From NCBI GenBank assembly GCA_051294905.1, contig CM119386.1, positions 5,580,001-5,644,000 of the forward strand: DNA of 64,000 nucleotides, written 5' to 3'. Both the position numbers and the translations under genes were made by a program. Positions 1 through 11,933 of the stretch are shown piece after piece. The notes below the pieces were generated by a model. The model was not told the DNA's origin, searched no databases, and saw only the letters and a list, made by a program, of their open reading frames with translations. This stretch comes from Botryllus schlosseri. Its lineage: Eukaryota. How positions within the stretch are numbered: the stretch's first letter is position 1; each line of letters begins with the position of its first letter.

Positions 1-1199
1 CGTGTGGCCAGAGTTAAATTGCTCCAACTAAACCGGCAAATGTTTTATCTTCAGCTGCCTATATAGTGCAGTATATGCATTTAATGATGGCATCCAGTGA
101 GATATCCGACTTCGCAAGCTCGTCAGAGAGAAAATTCGAGATTAAGATGGTGACGCGCAGTTTGTGAATTGAGATGTCCGACGATGGATTCCAGTCATTA
201 GGGTCCAAAACAAACGCAACTCATGGGCGCCATACAGCGACTCCGGCGCCTTGAAGCCTATTTCGGGGGCACCAAGCTTGAAGTAGGTCTAAAAACTGTG
301 TTCTACACTTCGCAAATATCTTGCAAAACTATGTTTGGCAGCATTCATTCGTGGTTAAGAGTGCAAGATCAAGTGTCAGATTGATCCGTAATTTCCATGA
401 CGCTTCCTGCTACCAACGCCTTACCAATTCTGAATAAAAACAAATGACTGAAGCGAATAGAACTGACGAGACTTTGCGCGAAGATTTCATTGTAATTTCG
501 TCTTTGGGGATTCTCAATTGCATGTCAAAAATAGTCTCTTTCTAAGACGCTGTGGTACGCCGAGATCTTGAATGTTGACTGGCGGTTGGGATTCAACAAT
601 CGGTTGAGAACGCACGGCTTTAAATTCACGGCCACGGTCACCACCATTTCCCCATGCTTTTCGATGCTTCAAACGCTATCTACCTACAGCGCACGTGGTC
701 TGCTACCTTCGAGCGTTGTGCAATTGTGCATCCGCTAACGTCAGTCGTACCCATTCAACCACCATCGATTCCTGGTACACAGCACTATATCTAAAGAAGC
801 CTTGGTTTACCTTGCCTGTACGCCAGACGCTAACCTACGCGCACGCTTCTCGATACGGTACTCGACCTGCCGGCGATTATGTTCGGAATATAAAAAGTTA
901 TTTACCTTTACTGCGTTAACCTGTTTCTTACCGTGTACACACGGTACGGGCGGGCCGCGCTTTTAGTCGCATAAATTTACGATTCGGAGCGCCATTTCGG
1001 TCACTTATTAATTTACTTGCCGACCGTGTTTGACTATTTGCTAAAGGCGGGACGAAGCTCGTCAATCCTCTCTTAGAAAATGGTCTGACGCAAAAATAAT
1101 TGTACCGCGTCGAAGTGTGGCCTCTCTACATTCTGCACAGCGGCGAGACAAAGATAGCAATAAGCGAGGGCTACAGACTCTCCGCGACAATTGACGGAA

Positions 1200-2250
1200 G
1201 GAAGATGGTCTTCTTGCTTTGAACGGGCTCTGCGCCACGAGACTTTCCATCCAATAATAAGATGCGGCCAATCTGTCCTATGCTGATGTTGTTCAAAATG
1301 TAACAACTGAACTATCCAGAATCACAGACACAAAGATTGAAAACGGCTGTAAGGGTGAGAGATCAAGACGTAAGAGTTATCGCCTGAATCCGCAGCCACC
1401 AAATACAGAGCTCACCGCGACAGAAAACGACACCTCAATTTCCGTATCCAACTCTATGGCGGGACCCCAGCCCGCCGGCAGTCTTTTCGAAATTGTCACA
1501 TTTCTGGATTAAAACCTGGAAACTGGACACTAGTCGGTAGCACGATTGATGATTCCGGTCCGAATATCCATCACTACTAACAATAAATCGCCGCACTATC
1601 AGGAAAGAAAATACAGTTCGGAACGTTCAGCTTTCACTACCGAAAGAAACTGACCACTCTGTTCTTATATCAAACTAGAGATATTTGTTAGAGCGTATCT
1701 CCATTCTCCACTCTCGAGCTATATTCCGTATCTATTATGCTGGAGTGCACGCACCTAATGTAAAACAACCCCATTAGAACGTCACAGCGCAAGTTCATTT
1801 ACTCGATCAACATAAGCGGCGGATTGGTCCATCTGCGCACCATCCGCTTTCTGTACACTCTGCCGTACAAAGTCGCTCGGCATTGAAGCCCCGAACATCT
1901 CCATCGCGATATCGAAACTGATTTTTGCTTCAATAATTGCCGGTAACGACGTTACCATTTCGAATATATCGATTTCGCGCACAGAGACGGGTAAGCATAT
2001 GCGGATACTAACAGCACAATACGTTACAAACGAGAAAACGAAACTGTCAATTCAGGCACAAAGCGACTGCTAAATAATGGCACAATCCCTTCCACAGCTG
2101 CTGGGCTCGGAACCGACTGACACGGAATGATGACAATCCCCGCCTGGCAGCGACACGACTCGATGATTTACAGCCCGTAGAATAGATAACACATAGTCTT
2201 TAAGAGCAAGTACTGGAACTCCGACATCGAAAAGTAAATCCACGACTACA
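1200..2250 (+). mobile_element. Possible highly decayed non-LTR retrotransposon (ORF1 / APE endonuclease) fragment in ERCC8 intron 7
   Basis: Interrupted frames give LSYADVV, CHISGLKP and IAIS...NDVTISNISISRT, loosely like CR1/L2 ORF1 and endonuclease; many stops. Confidence 0.3.
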
Positions 2251-2323
2251 TACGTAGCACGCACATACAATTGTGCTAATGTAAGGCACCCCTGCCAATA
2301 CGAATATCCAGTACAGTTCTTAC

Positions 2324-5300
2324 CTCCCAGAAACCAGCTGATAATCGCAACGGGGCGACCAACGAACACAGAGTACGCCATTCCTGTGACCTGAAAATGC
2401 ATTCCAACGTCAATATAGCACAACAGTTAACATCAAATGCGGTATATACATCAGAACAGCAGGCAGAGCGTAGCCAGGCCGCGAAAGGCGCATAAACCTT
2501 CAATTTTCGACATGCAGACTGTGACATCAATTCACCAGCGATGAAAAATTTTCGCTTTCCCAAAAAGTTCTTTTAATGACCCTACGAAATTATTGTCCTC
2601 ACCACGCCTTCAACCAGACTTGGACAACTAGATAATTCTAGTTGTCTAATTTCACTAAATTAGAGAGAAATCCCAGTAATCTAATTCTAATCTAATTTGG
2701 AAAACCTGAAAATTTTCTAGTTGTCCAAGTACATGCTTGGACAACTAGATAATTCCAGTTGTCTAATTTCACTAAATTAGATCGAAATGCCAGTAATCTA
2801 ATTCTAGTATAATTTGGAAAAGCTGAAAATTTTCTAGTTGTCCAAGTCTGCCTTCAACAGAAAACGATTTTGTAACGGTGACGATCTTAGAAAACTTGAA
2901 ACAATTAAGAATAAAATTCAACTCATCAAGTCAGCACAGGAAACTTCGCTCCATATACGCACCTGCATCTACGCTTTCCAAACCAGATCAAGGAAGAACT
3001 ATTTTCAAGCAGTATATTGGCAACCAAGTATTCGTGGCGCAGTTCTATACGAGCCATTTCATAACTACTGTCCCTACATTCTCAACTCTGTGTCTTTGCG
3101 GTCAATCAGGCACCCAGGAACAAAAGGGCATCAAAGTGAAGTCCGTCGGATTCTCTTATAAAAGCTGTAAGCTGTAAGTAGTACATCCAAACGAGACTGT
3201 AGCTAGCAAAGCCTCAACGAGACGCATTCTTTAATTTACGATGGCTTGCCATGTTTCCAGAGCGACAATAAACACCATCAAAGCTCTGACATCTACAGCG
3301 TTGAGAATAGCCTCGTAAAATTGTAGTTTACGAGCAGCATAACCGCATTCGTCCACTGTGATTACTTTCAAATATCGCGGTGGTCACGATTATTAGAGGG
3401 CCGTGGTGTTGGTGTCTGCCTAAGGCGTTGCGAGGGTGGTATGGTGTGGACATGAGATAAAAAGTTGCGAGATAACGGGAGATGGATAAGAGCGGAACGG
3501 CAAGTTCATACCTACTGTTAATCGAATATCACAGTCCCTAAGCAATGTGCGGGATTCAGATTTTTGAACGTGGAAATATTTTTATAAGCTTGCGCAAGAC
3601 ACACCTCCTACCGCAATTCATCAATCACTTTTCACTATTAATAGAGAACTCTTCAAAGTTACATACTATCGCCATGTCACCTATCTGTGGATATATTTGC
3701 CACCATGTTTGCGCGTGCATAATTTTCGTACGCGCGATCCCATAACATTCATAAGAACATATATAATCATGATGATCGGTAAGCTCACGTGTGTAAGTGT
3801 GTAAGTACTAAGTAGCCTAATATATAATATGTGCCTACCATTTACATACGCAAAACGATACGGAAATGAAAGCAGACGTTGTTTCACGATACACGGTGTG
3901 ATTTAGCTAATGACAACACTTGAAAGAATTACTCGAGACGCAGAAAACCAGCTCGCTACACCCAAAGCGTACGTGAATTATCACGACTCTCTCTCTCTCT
4001 CTCGAATTTAGCGACAATTACGTAATTTGCATCGTAACTAGGCAACACCACCTCCAGCATGTCGCCGATCTGCTTGTAGTAGCGAAATTAAAAGTGATAT
4101 GATTTAGTATAACCTTTACAACTTCATAGTACGGAACAGGTTTCGTTTTTACAAATTTCAGGTAAGCAAGAGGGTTGCAAATAGATTATCGATGAACACG
4201 ACATGTAAACGGCGAAATTACATTACTATATACCGTACCACCCGTTAATTCAGTCTACAATTTAATAAAAATTAATTGCATTACACACCCCGTAAATATC
4301 GGTATCAGACTGAAATTTCAAATATTTCTATCGAAGAGAATGTATTGAAGTCAAGCAATTGCACTACGCAAGGTGCAACAACACTGAAATAATCATATCA
4401 CTGATTGGAAAGTGCTTTAAAAAAGAACTTGAACAATCTAAAGCATTTTAGATCAGTGAAATGCCGAACGAATCCATATTACAATTCTGTCAATTAACAA
4501 TAGTAGTACGTATGCATATGCAGGTCAACCGTCCTTGTATGTATTGTATATAAATATAAATCTCATTAACATATACAACTATGAGAGATACTATGAGTGG
4601 TTTGGATAAGGAGGTGAATGTACAATGTCATCATGAGCAGTTGCCAACTATAGTTTCCACAATGCATGATACGTCCAGGCTTCAGCCGGGCCGGAAAAAT
4701 CGAAGCTTGGTACAAACACGTAGCCCTAAAATCCAGGGTTGTAATGACTCGACTCGAGTCACGATTTTCTGATGACTCGAGTCATTTTCTCAAAATACAG
4801 AAATGACTCGACTCGAGTCAATCAGTGTATTGACTCGACTTGGACTCGAGTCATTGCGCATGACTCGAACCAAGTCATTGACTCGAGATTCAGACGGCCA
4901 AGGCCGACATTTCATTGTAATTCCGAAGCCAACAACTATTGGCATTTCGTCTGTTGATACTACGGGTGCTGGAAAATGCGACCAGAAATTGCTAAAAGTG
5001 AGGAAAATTGGTATACTATAAATGCGAACTATTCGATATCACCAAACACAGTTATAAAAAGTGGGTTTACCAAGACTTTAACTGAAAACTGAGCTGTCAA
5101 CACAATGACTTGGACTCGGACTTGACTCGGTGGTGAATTGCAAATGACTCGACTTGACCCGAGTCAAAACTATAAAAGTGAGATTGACTTGTGACTCGGA
5201 GCCTTGTGACTTGGTTACAACCCTGCGTAAAATCAAACCCTACCTCTCATGATGTGACTGTTTGCCCCAGTTCTCATATCAGCCAAATACACCTTGTTGT

Positions 5301-7976
5301 CGCCAGTCGCAACTGCGAGACAAAACATGTAATGAATCGATAGCAAAAGTAACATCGACATATCCATACCCCCTATGAGGTTGTGTGATGCAGCAACGGT
5401 GGACATGGCGTGCATGTTGACTGTGTTGCTGAAGCTAAAGGTTTCGGCTGGCTGCAAAATAAATGTGTGCAATCTGTAACAATACAATCTACGGTTACAC
5501 TGTCACAGTTCTTCATAAGGTCATGATTTTGCAGCATCACAGAAGCTTGTTTGCAATGTCCTGTCTTGGTAGCATTAAAGTGAAAATACATTTGGTTTCA
5601 TCCTGATTGATTTCACAAATACGGCAGCTGGAATTTTGTTATCATGGGATATGGAACTTCTACGAAATGTTTGAAAGTGTTCATTTTGAATGTGAAACCA
5701 AAACTGAATCTCCGACAATACAGAACACCCAACTAACCACCAAGACCAAAGAACAAACTTCTATACTACATACAACTACCAGAGCACATGCTGATTTGTG
5801 TACAACTTTTGAAGTACCACCTATAACCAGGAACAATGAGTACAACTTACCCTCATCGAATTGGTGTCCCATATTTTAACGGATTTATCAGCTGAACTCG
5901 TAGTGAATATTGCGTTATCATGTTGATACCACTGGACACATGAAATGCTGAATTTGTGAGCAAATCTGCTATGCTGTGGCCTGCGGAATATATTCGCCAT
6001 CCATCAATTCAGTACCGTAAGCAAACGAGTGGGTAATAAGCATTCCAATTAAACCACACGTATACAGAGGTTTGAATCACGGTCCCATACAAGAGTTTCA
6101 TATCAGAGCACGATGTTATTAGCATACCTAATAACCAAGTTCATCCTTATGCATGTAGAAAGGACAACTATAAATTTAAACACTGTCACTGTCAGGAATA
6201 CATTACTATAGACTAGTAAACTAGTTCAAGCGTGTAATGTAAAATTTTCACGTCATATACCCACAACTGGCAATATTTATAGCTAAGTGAGGTTCCTAGA
6301 AGTCTAAGAGATCAGAAGAATGTCAGATACACCAAGCTGATTTGGTCTGACTTACAAATGGGGAATAAAATGAAGGAATAACATTCTATCACAGTCCGGC
6401 TGATTTTGAAAATTCACTACGGCAGTGAAAATACAGGCCTCATGACCAGTATAATCAATTGTCTACCTGCCAACTGCTGCAATTTTTTTTATCTTGTAAT
6501 GCAGCTTTGCAGAGCAATTCCAGGTGTCATATATTGCAACTAATTTGTCCGAGGAACCACTGAGCAAACTGTGAAATGTAAAAGAAATTTGTAAATGTTC
6601 GGTATACAACTTCATGACAAATTTTGAAGTTTTTTGAATGGGTCACTACTGAGCATTCTGCTACAGAGCAGATGACTTATAACATAGTAACAGACAGCGG
6701 GTATGACACAGTTAACACAATCAAAGTGGATGTACGATGTTTGGGGTCTCCAATATTGATCAACAACCAAGACCTACACTTTGATATTAGCATAGTAAGA
6801 ATGCCACCTACTCAAGACAATATATGAACAACCAGTATTGTACGAAGAAAGAAATAAACAATGAAGTAGTTAGCTTGACTTAACGTGGTAGCAAGATTGC
6901 AAGAAATGCCAAACAAAAAACTGGAAAAAAAGAAAAAGTCAATGTGAGTACATCCATTGGATGAACAAAATCTACTCACTATCTCCCTTCTTGTGGATCA
7001 AGATGTAACGAATTGATACCACTGCTGTGAATGTTTTCGACTTCACAATTGGTGGATAGCTGGAAGCTGAAATGATGAGACAATAAATCTGTATTCCATA
7101 AAACTAGTCGAATTCTCAATGTTGGGACATACAGTAATATTTGTAATCTGGAATTTGCCAGCGAACAGTGTTGCAATTATACCTTGACATGGTCTTTCAA
7201 ATTCACGAAAGAAGTAAGTGACAGTTTTCTTCTGAAAAGGACCTGATTTATACTTGTTTAAATTTGCGAATGGGAGCACTAGCATCTCTGTGACTCAGGC
7301 ATTTTGATATATTTTAATGTAGGCCTACCATATTATTTCTGTTTGGAGAATTTAGGCCCAAAACAACGAGCTATATACCATGATACCCTGTATAGAATCG
7401 GTGCCGTGCTCCCACTATGTTTTATTTTTCATTAAATTACTTCAACTTGGAAAATCATCGCTGCTCACCTGACATATCAAGCAAAAAGGCCAGCGATTCC
7501 AGACAGGCATGATACCATACTTGAAGCCATAACATACCTATTATTTAATTACTTGGATGTGAAATTTAATATTAAAGAGAAAAAGATATATTGAAGTCGA
7601 CTACATGAATGACAACTTACATGGTGAATATAATCGGACGAGTTTCACTGAATATAGACTTTCATCCAAGGGCATTAAGCCCCATAACCCAGGTTGGAAT
7701 CCCGGTACGTTTAGCGCAATATCTTTGGTGTGCCAAGGCGGTTCTCCGCGTCACACCTGTGTGCAGTCAGTAGAATCTTTGGTGTGCACGAGACACCGAT
7801 TCCATATTGGCCCATAACCGTCAATATTTGTTGGCGTATCAGTTTTCTATTTAAAATGAAAAAATGCAGGCCTCTGATACTTACTCATATACTCGCTGAC
7901 TCTCCTCGGCAGTCCTGAAGATACTGGGACGGCATTCTCCGATTTCACGAGCAAACAGAATAGAAATCCTTGACAT
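2324..7976 (-). CDS. ERCC8: DNA excision repair protein ERCC-8 (Cockayne syndrome A, WD40), 5' part; gene continues left of exon 7
   Basis: Exons 7885-7976, 6980-7066, 6467-6568, 5851-5980, 5370-5451, 5244-5312, 2324-2390, all GT-AG and phase-consistent. They splice to MSRISILFAREIGECRPSIFRTAEESQRVYDFQLSTNCEVENIHSSGINSLHLDPQEGRYLLSGSSDKLVAIYD...HKFSISCVQWYQHDNAIFTTSSADKSVKIWDTN...VATGDNKVYLADMRTGANSHIMRGHRNGVLCVRWSPRCDYQLVSGS, matching recalled ERCC8 motifs. Exon 8 was not found in 1-2323. Confidence 0.93.
2615..2850. mobile_element. Tandem dimer of a ~113-bp MITE
   Basis: Units 2618-2730 and 2735-2847, each bounded by (A)CTTGGACAACTAGA ... TCTAGTTGTCCAAGT and highly similar to each other. 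Outer ends CAGACTTGG / CCAAGTCTG. Confidence 0.75.
3987..4003. repeat. (CT)n microsatellite
   Basis: Direct reading. Confidence 0.9.
4734..5225. mobile_element. hAT-type MITE with GACTCGA repeats (ERCC8 intron 6)
   Basis: TIRs CAGGGTTGTAA / TTACAACCCTG; flanks CCTAAAATC / CGTAAAATC. Related copies at 12988-13509 and 55163-55381. Confidence 0.8.
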
Positions 7977-8489
7977 GCCACCACGCAACTAGATTTCAAT
8001 CCATAACGCCATGAACAAAAATCGATTTCCCATTTTCACAATTCATCGCGCTCACAGGACTTCGCGCCTCACATGGTTTGCAAAAGAACGCTAAGTTTGA
8101 GCTCTGTAATTAAATCGTTACCCAAGCGTATAGGTGATATAACCACTGAGCTATATAACATGTATTTCTGTCATTTATCCGCCGAAGACTTGTACAATGT
8201 ACAACATGTACATGTGCATATACACAATAAACCACACACATTGTAATGTAATGAACATATGGTAAAATTTCGAAACGACCAATTACGATCTCTCAGTCAA
8301 ACTTCAACGTCGCCTAATCGCAAGTGTAACGCAATTTTTAGACGTATTTGTAGCACTTTTCATTCGTTTTTCATCGGATCTTTCTCTGAGCATCTTTACA
8401 GCGACGCTGTGAAAACAACTGCGACGTAGTTAGGGGAGTAGGAGCGCAAATAAGCCTCCGACACTTCGAAACGTGACAGCAGGACAGGA

Positions 8490-8556
8490 CTCAGTGGACT
8501 CGACCTGTGGTTTCTCGTGTCGATGGCGCTGGATCTATCAACTACGCCAATGCCAA
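8490..8556 (-). repeat. Possible degenerate Pol III (tRNA/SINE-like) head upstream of ERCC8
   Basis: TGGCGTAGTTG (8549-8539) and GGTCGAGTCC (8505-8496) at tRNA-like spacing; no cloverleaf. Confidence 0.3.
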
Positions 8557-8789
8557 TATATCTGAAAACAAAGCATGTAAATTTCACATTCTCACGAGCT
8601 GGAATCGAAAAGATGTTTTTTTTGCTATAATGATATTTCATTTTCAATTATATTGATGAAGCATTAATCATAGCCTAGCTTCACTCAATACTTCTAAGAG
8701 CAGATTAGTTTCTTGGTTTATTGTTGTTACTTTAATTCAAGGCTCAAACTAAGAAAGCCGCCAAATCATTAGGTATTCGCTAGTCGGCC

Positions 8790-9217
8790 CAGAGATGAGC
8801 GGATTTGAAATTTCTATGTCCTAATCCAATCCATATCCGAACCTTCAAATCCAAATCCAAATCCTAATCCATAACTTTTTCATATTCAAGTCCACGTCCA
8901 ATCCTAATCCGATTCAAACTGGAAATTCAGAAAAAAAAACTAATTTATGCAATGGAGGGATTCGAAAATTTTCTTTCACAACCAACGATTCACTTGATTT
9001 AAGATAACCTAGTAACCATAAGTACATTAATAACTGATCTGAATAAAGTTTGTCGCCATTCGCCACACGACATTTCAATCTCCCTGAAAATAGGTAAATC
9101 CAATCCAAATCCTAATCCGTTCAGAAAAAAATGTCTAATCCAAATCCAATCCAAATCCGACAAAATTTCACAAATCCTGTTTTTTCAAAACCTAATCCTA
9201 ATCCATGCTCATCTCTG
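8790..9217. mobile_element. hAT-type MITE with AATCC repeats
   Basis: TIRs CAGAGATGAGC / GCTCATCTCTG; CTAGTCGG at 8780-8787 and 9218-9225 (two extra C on the left). Other copies: 58723-58982 and an end fragment at ~25330-25384. Confidence 0.8.
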
Positions 9218-9232
9218 CTAGTCGGTGACTAC

Positions 9233-10288
9233 CAGAGATGCCACTCCTGGGTTTTTCCACCCAGATCTGGGTTTTTCGAGCATCACCTGGGTTTCTGGGT
9301 TTTTGTGCTTGAAATCTGGGTTTTTTTCAACATCAGGTTTGTCAGGTCAATTTTACGGCGCAAAATTGATTATTAGCTTAGTAAGATCTTATGATGTCGA
9401 CGGATTCTACTGTGATTGAAACGGCAGAGTCTAAAGATACCCATTTACTATTAAAATGAGAGGTCTTGGCGTGATGAGAGAGCTTAATTGAATACTGACT
9501 ACTAGGTCGCAGAAAGTCATTTTCACAAGGCAACTCTGGAGCATTTGTTTTGCAATTCAAAACGATTTAGGACTTGAATGCTAGCGCTGCAACAAATTCG
9601 TTGTGTGTCAGTAAATAGTATGTAACTGCTGTAAAGTTGCAATTAATGCACATGGAAAGGCCAAATGTTGATCTAACTAATCTACCATGTTGACATCAGA
9701 GTATATTCACTTTCAACAGGGACACTCAAAGAGAGAGTTTGCATGGGCACCCGGGCAAGTTATTCAGAGGGAGAGGGGTTTGTCAAATTCAAATGTACCC
9801 TTAATTTCATGATCTGGCAGTTTCTTTTTCGACTAAACATCCCAGATAAAAGTGCTTGTCCCAGGTTTAATGAATCGAAAGCTATTTTTAATATATCTGG
9901 TCAGCTCACAGTCACTGGAACTACCCTAAAATCATCCTCATCATAGATGGGGGTTAGCAATGTGACAAACATTACGAATATATAATAAACCACGTATTGA
10001 CCTACCCCCCTTACCGAATGCCCGTAGCAATGTGTCGAGAGGAAAGCATCATATTTCGATGGATTTGCTCATTTAACAGCAAAATGTATAGTATGACAAT
10101 GAACAGTTGGGATTTCAATATCAAGGGCTAAAACTTCTTCCGTGTCCGTATAACTGTCATTGATGACTCTCAGTCACTGTTTTACAGCTATATCATATAA
10201 ATTTGAGTGAAATACAGGATCTGGGTTTTTCTGGGTTTTTTCAACGTCCAAATCTGGGTTTTTCCAAAATATCTCAGTGGCATCTCTG
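9233..10288. mobile_element. Non-autonomous hAT element with CTGGGTTTTT subterminal repeats
   Basis: TIRs CAGAGATGCCAC / GTGGCATCTCTG; perfect TSD GTGACTAC (9225-9232, 10289-10296). The minus-strand ORF 9378-9560 (NCKTN..LPCE..LRPS..AKT) may be a transposase C-terminal remnant (tentative). Confidence 0.88.
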
Positions 10289-10416
10289 GTGACTACTCGT
10301 TAGCTCGCACTTTCGCAACACCACGGCAGTTCGCCGCGTTGTTCCGGCAATTCTGGTACTGGTCTTGTCTTGTGACTGCGGTATCACCGCAGCACAGCCG
10401 TGGGGAGCAAGACAAT

Positions 10417-11541
10417 ATGTCCGCCGATAGCGTGAATCTACCAACTAGAGATGAAAAAGCAACCGCCGAAGAAGAAGAAGCTTTTCATTTTGCCAGGGTT
10501 GTCAATTCTTTTCTTGCTTATAAAAAGGATGCACTGAAACAAGTAGCGGTTTGTGAAAAAAGATTCAAAGACCTCACTCAAAGACACCAAAACCACCTTC
10601 CTAATCATCTTGAAATCCTCGAACGGAAGAGAACATCCATTGAATTCAATAACGTCATTTGTCAAATGATTGTCCGTACGTGTGGGAATGCCTTTCAAAA
10701 CAAAGAATTTGAAACAATCCAAAAAGGTACGCCAGCTACGAAACCAAGGCCTATGGATCTCGATAAAGTGCGAACAACCCTAAAACAGATAGTTCGTGAT
10801 TGGAGTCCTGAGGGGAAGCACGAGAGAGAAACTTGCTACAAGCCTATAATTGATGAGATCCTTAGTAGAATGCCCCCGTCAAAGAATGCCAAGAAGATGT
10901 CCGTACTTGTTCCTGGGTGTGGTCTTGGACGCTTAGCATGGGAGATTGCACGCCTCGGTTATCGCTGTGAAGGGAATGAATTCAGTTTCTTCATGTTATT
11001 CACTTCTGACTTCGTTCTCAACAGGACGGCTAATCCGTCAAATGGAGACTTCCATCGGTTTCAAATGTATCCGTGGGTGACCCAAAAATGCAACGTAAAA
11101 TCATGGGAATCTGTATTAGCTCCCGTGAAATTCCCTGATGTCAATCCGGCAGGCCTGCCTCCTGATTCTGAATTCTCAATGGCTGCGGGTGACTTCGTTG
11201 AATGCTACGAGACCCCATGTTCTTGGAATTGTGTTGCCACTTGTTATTTCATCGATACGGCTCACAATATCATAAGTTACATTGAACGGATATTCGATAT
11301 ATTAACACCTGGTGGTTTGTGGGTGAATTTCGGCCCTTTACTCTATCACTTTTCTGACATGCCTGATGAACCGTCTGTTGAGTTTTCGTATGAAGAAATA
11401 CTTGGGATTGCTAAAAATATTGGGTTTGAGATCGTCAAAGATGTTAGGGACTTGCCAAGCACGTACATAGGAAATTCTGCTAGTATGCTGCAATACACTT
11501 ACCAATGTGCATTGTTGGTCGCAGTAAAGCCTGTTGTGTGA
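10417..11541 (+). CDS. CARNMT1: Carnosine N-methyltransferase (N2227-like SAM-dependent methyltransferase), 374 aa, single exon
   Basis: Uninterrupted ORF with family motifs DKVRTTLKQIVRDWS, VLVPGCGLGRLAWEIA, GNEFSFFML, SMAAGDF, TCYFIDTAHN and GGLWVNFGPLLYH. ATG 10417 (MSADSV) is preferred over the track's 10207 start, which lies in a transposon end. Confidence 0.92.
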   Translation: MSADSVNLPTRDEKATAEEEEAFHFARVVNSFLAYKKDALKQVAVCEKRFKDLTQRHQNHLPNHLEILERKRTSIEFNNVICQMIVRTCGNAFQNKEFETIQKGTPATKPRPMDLDKVRTTLKQIVRDWSPEGKHERETCYKPIIDEILSRMPPSKNAKKMSVLVPGCGLGRLAWEIARLGYRCEGNEFSFFMLFTSDFVLNRTANPSNGDFHRFQMYPWVTQKCNVKSWESVLAPVKFPDVNPAGLPPDSEFSMAAGDFVECYETPCSWNCVATCYFIDTAHNIISYIERIFDILTPGGLWVNFGPLLYHFSDMPDEPSVEFSYEEILGIAKNIGFEIVKDVRDLPSTYIGNSASMLQYTYQCALLVAVKPVV

Positions 11542-11933
11542 AAATGACACACAATTTGCTGTGGGACAGAGCAAAAATTCATTTTTTCGAAACCAATATT
11601 AATTCCAAGCCACGTCCATGCCATGTAAAATCTTGAATCATTTTTCAGGGAATCCATTGTTTATTACATCTGAATCATTAGCATGAAGCATTTGTTTTTC
11701 TTTTCTGATTGATTGTACCATGTACAACGTTCAATTGTTCATTCAATGTTTATGTTAAGTAAGCCACCGACTGTGCTGTATAAATAGGTTTTCTTGATTA
11801 AAATCTGTCATCACTAATTTGACGACGTCATAGATTAGTGGCATTTGGAAATATGCGATCCGTTTTCTCCTTTGCAGTGGTGTTTCAGAGCTAAGTACTA
11901 AAGTCGTGCTGTTCGCTGAAACTAGTTTGCAAG

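Noticed and set aside
1782-2423. Nested minus-strand gene from ORFs 1782-1982 and 2070-2423
   Set aside because: No recognisable motifs; one ORF overlaps ERCC8 exon 7 out of frame, and the rest is probably antisense to decayed LINE sequence.
2838-3177. Overlapping plus-strand ORFs in ERCC8 intron 6
   Set aside because: LRKLETIKNK faintly recalls LINE C-termini, but there is no further support.
10207-10416. 70-aa N-terminal extension of CARNMT1 in the ORF track
   Set aside because: Starts at GTG inside the hAT right end (TIR and TSD at 10277-10296); family similarity begins only after ATG 10417.
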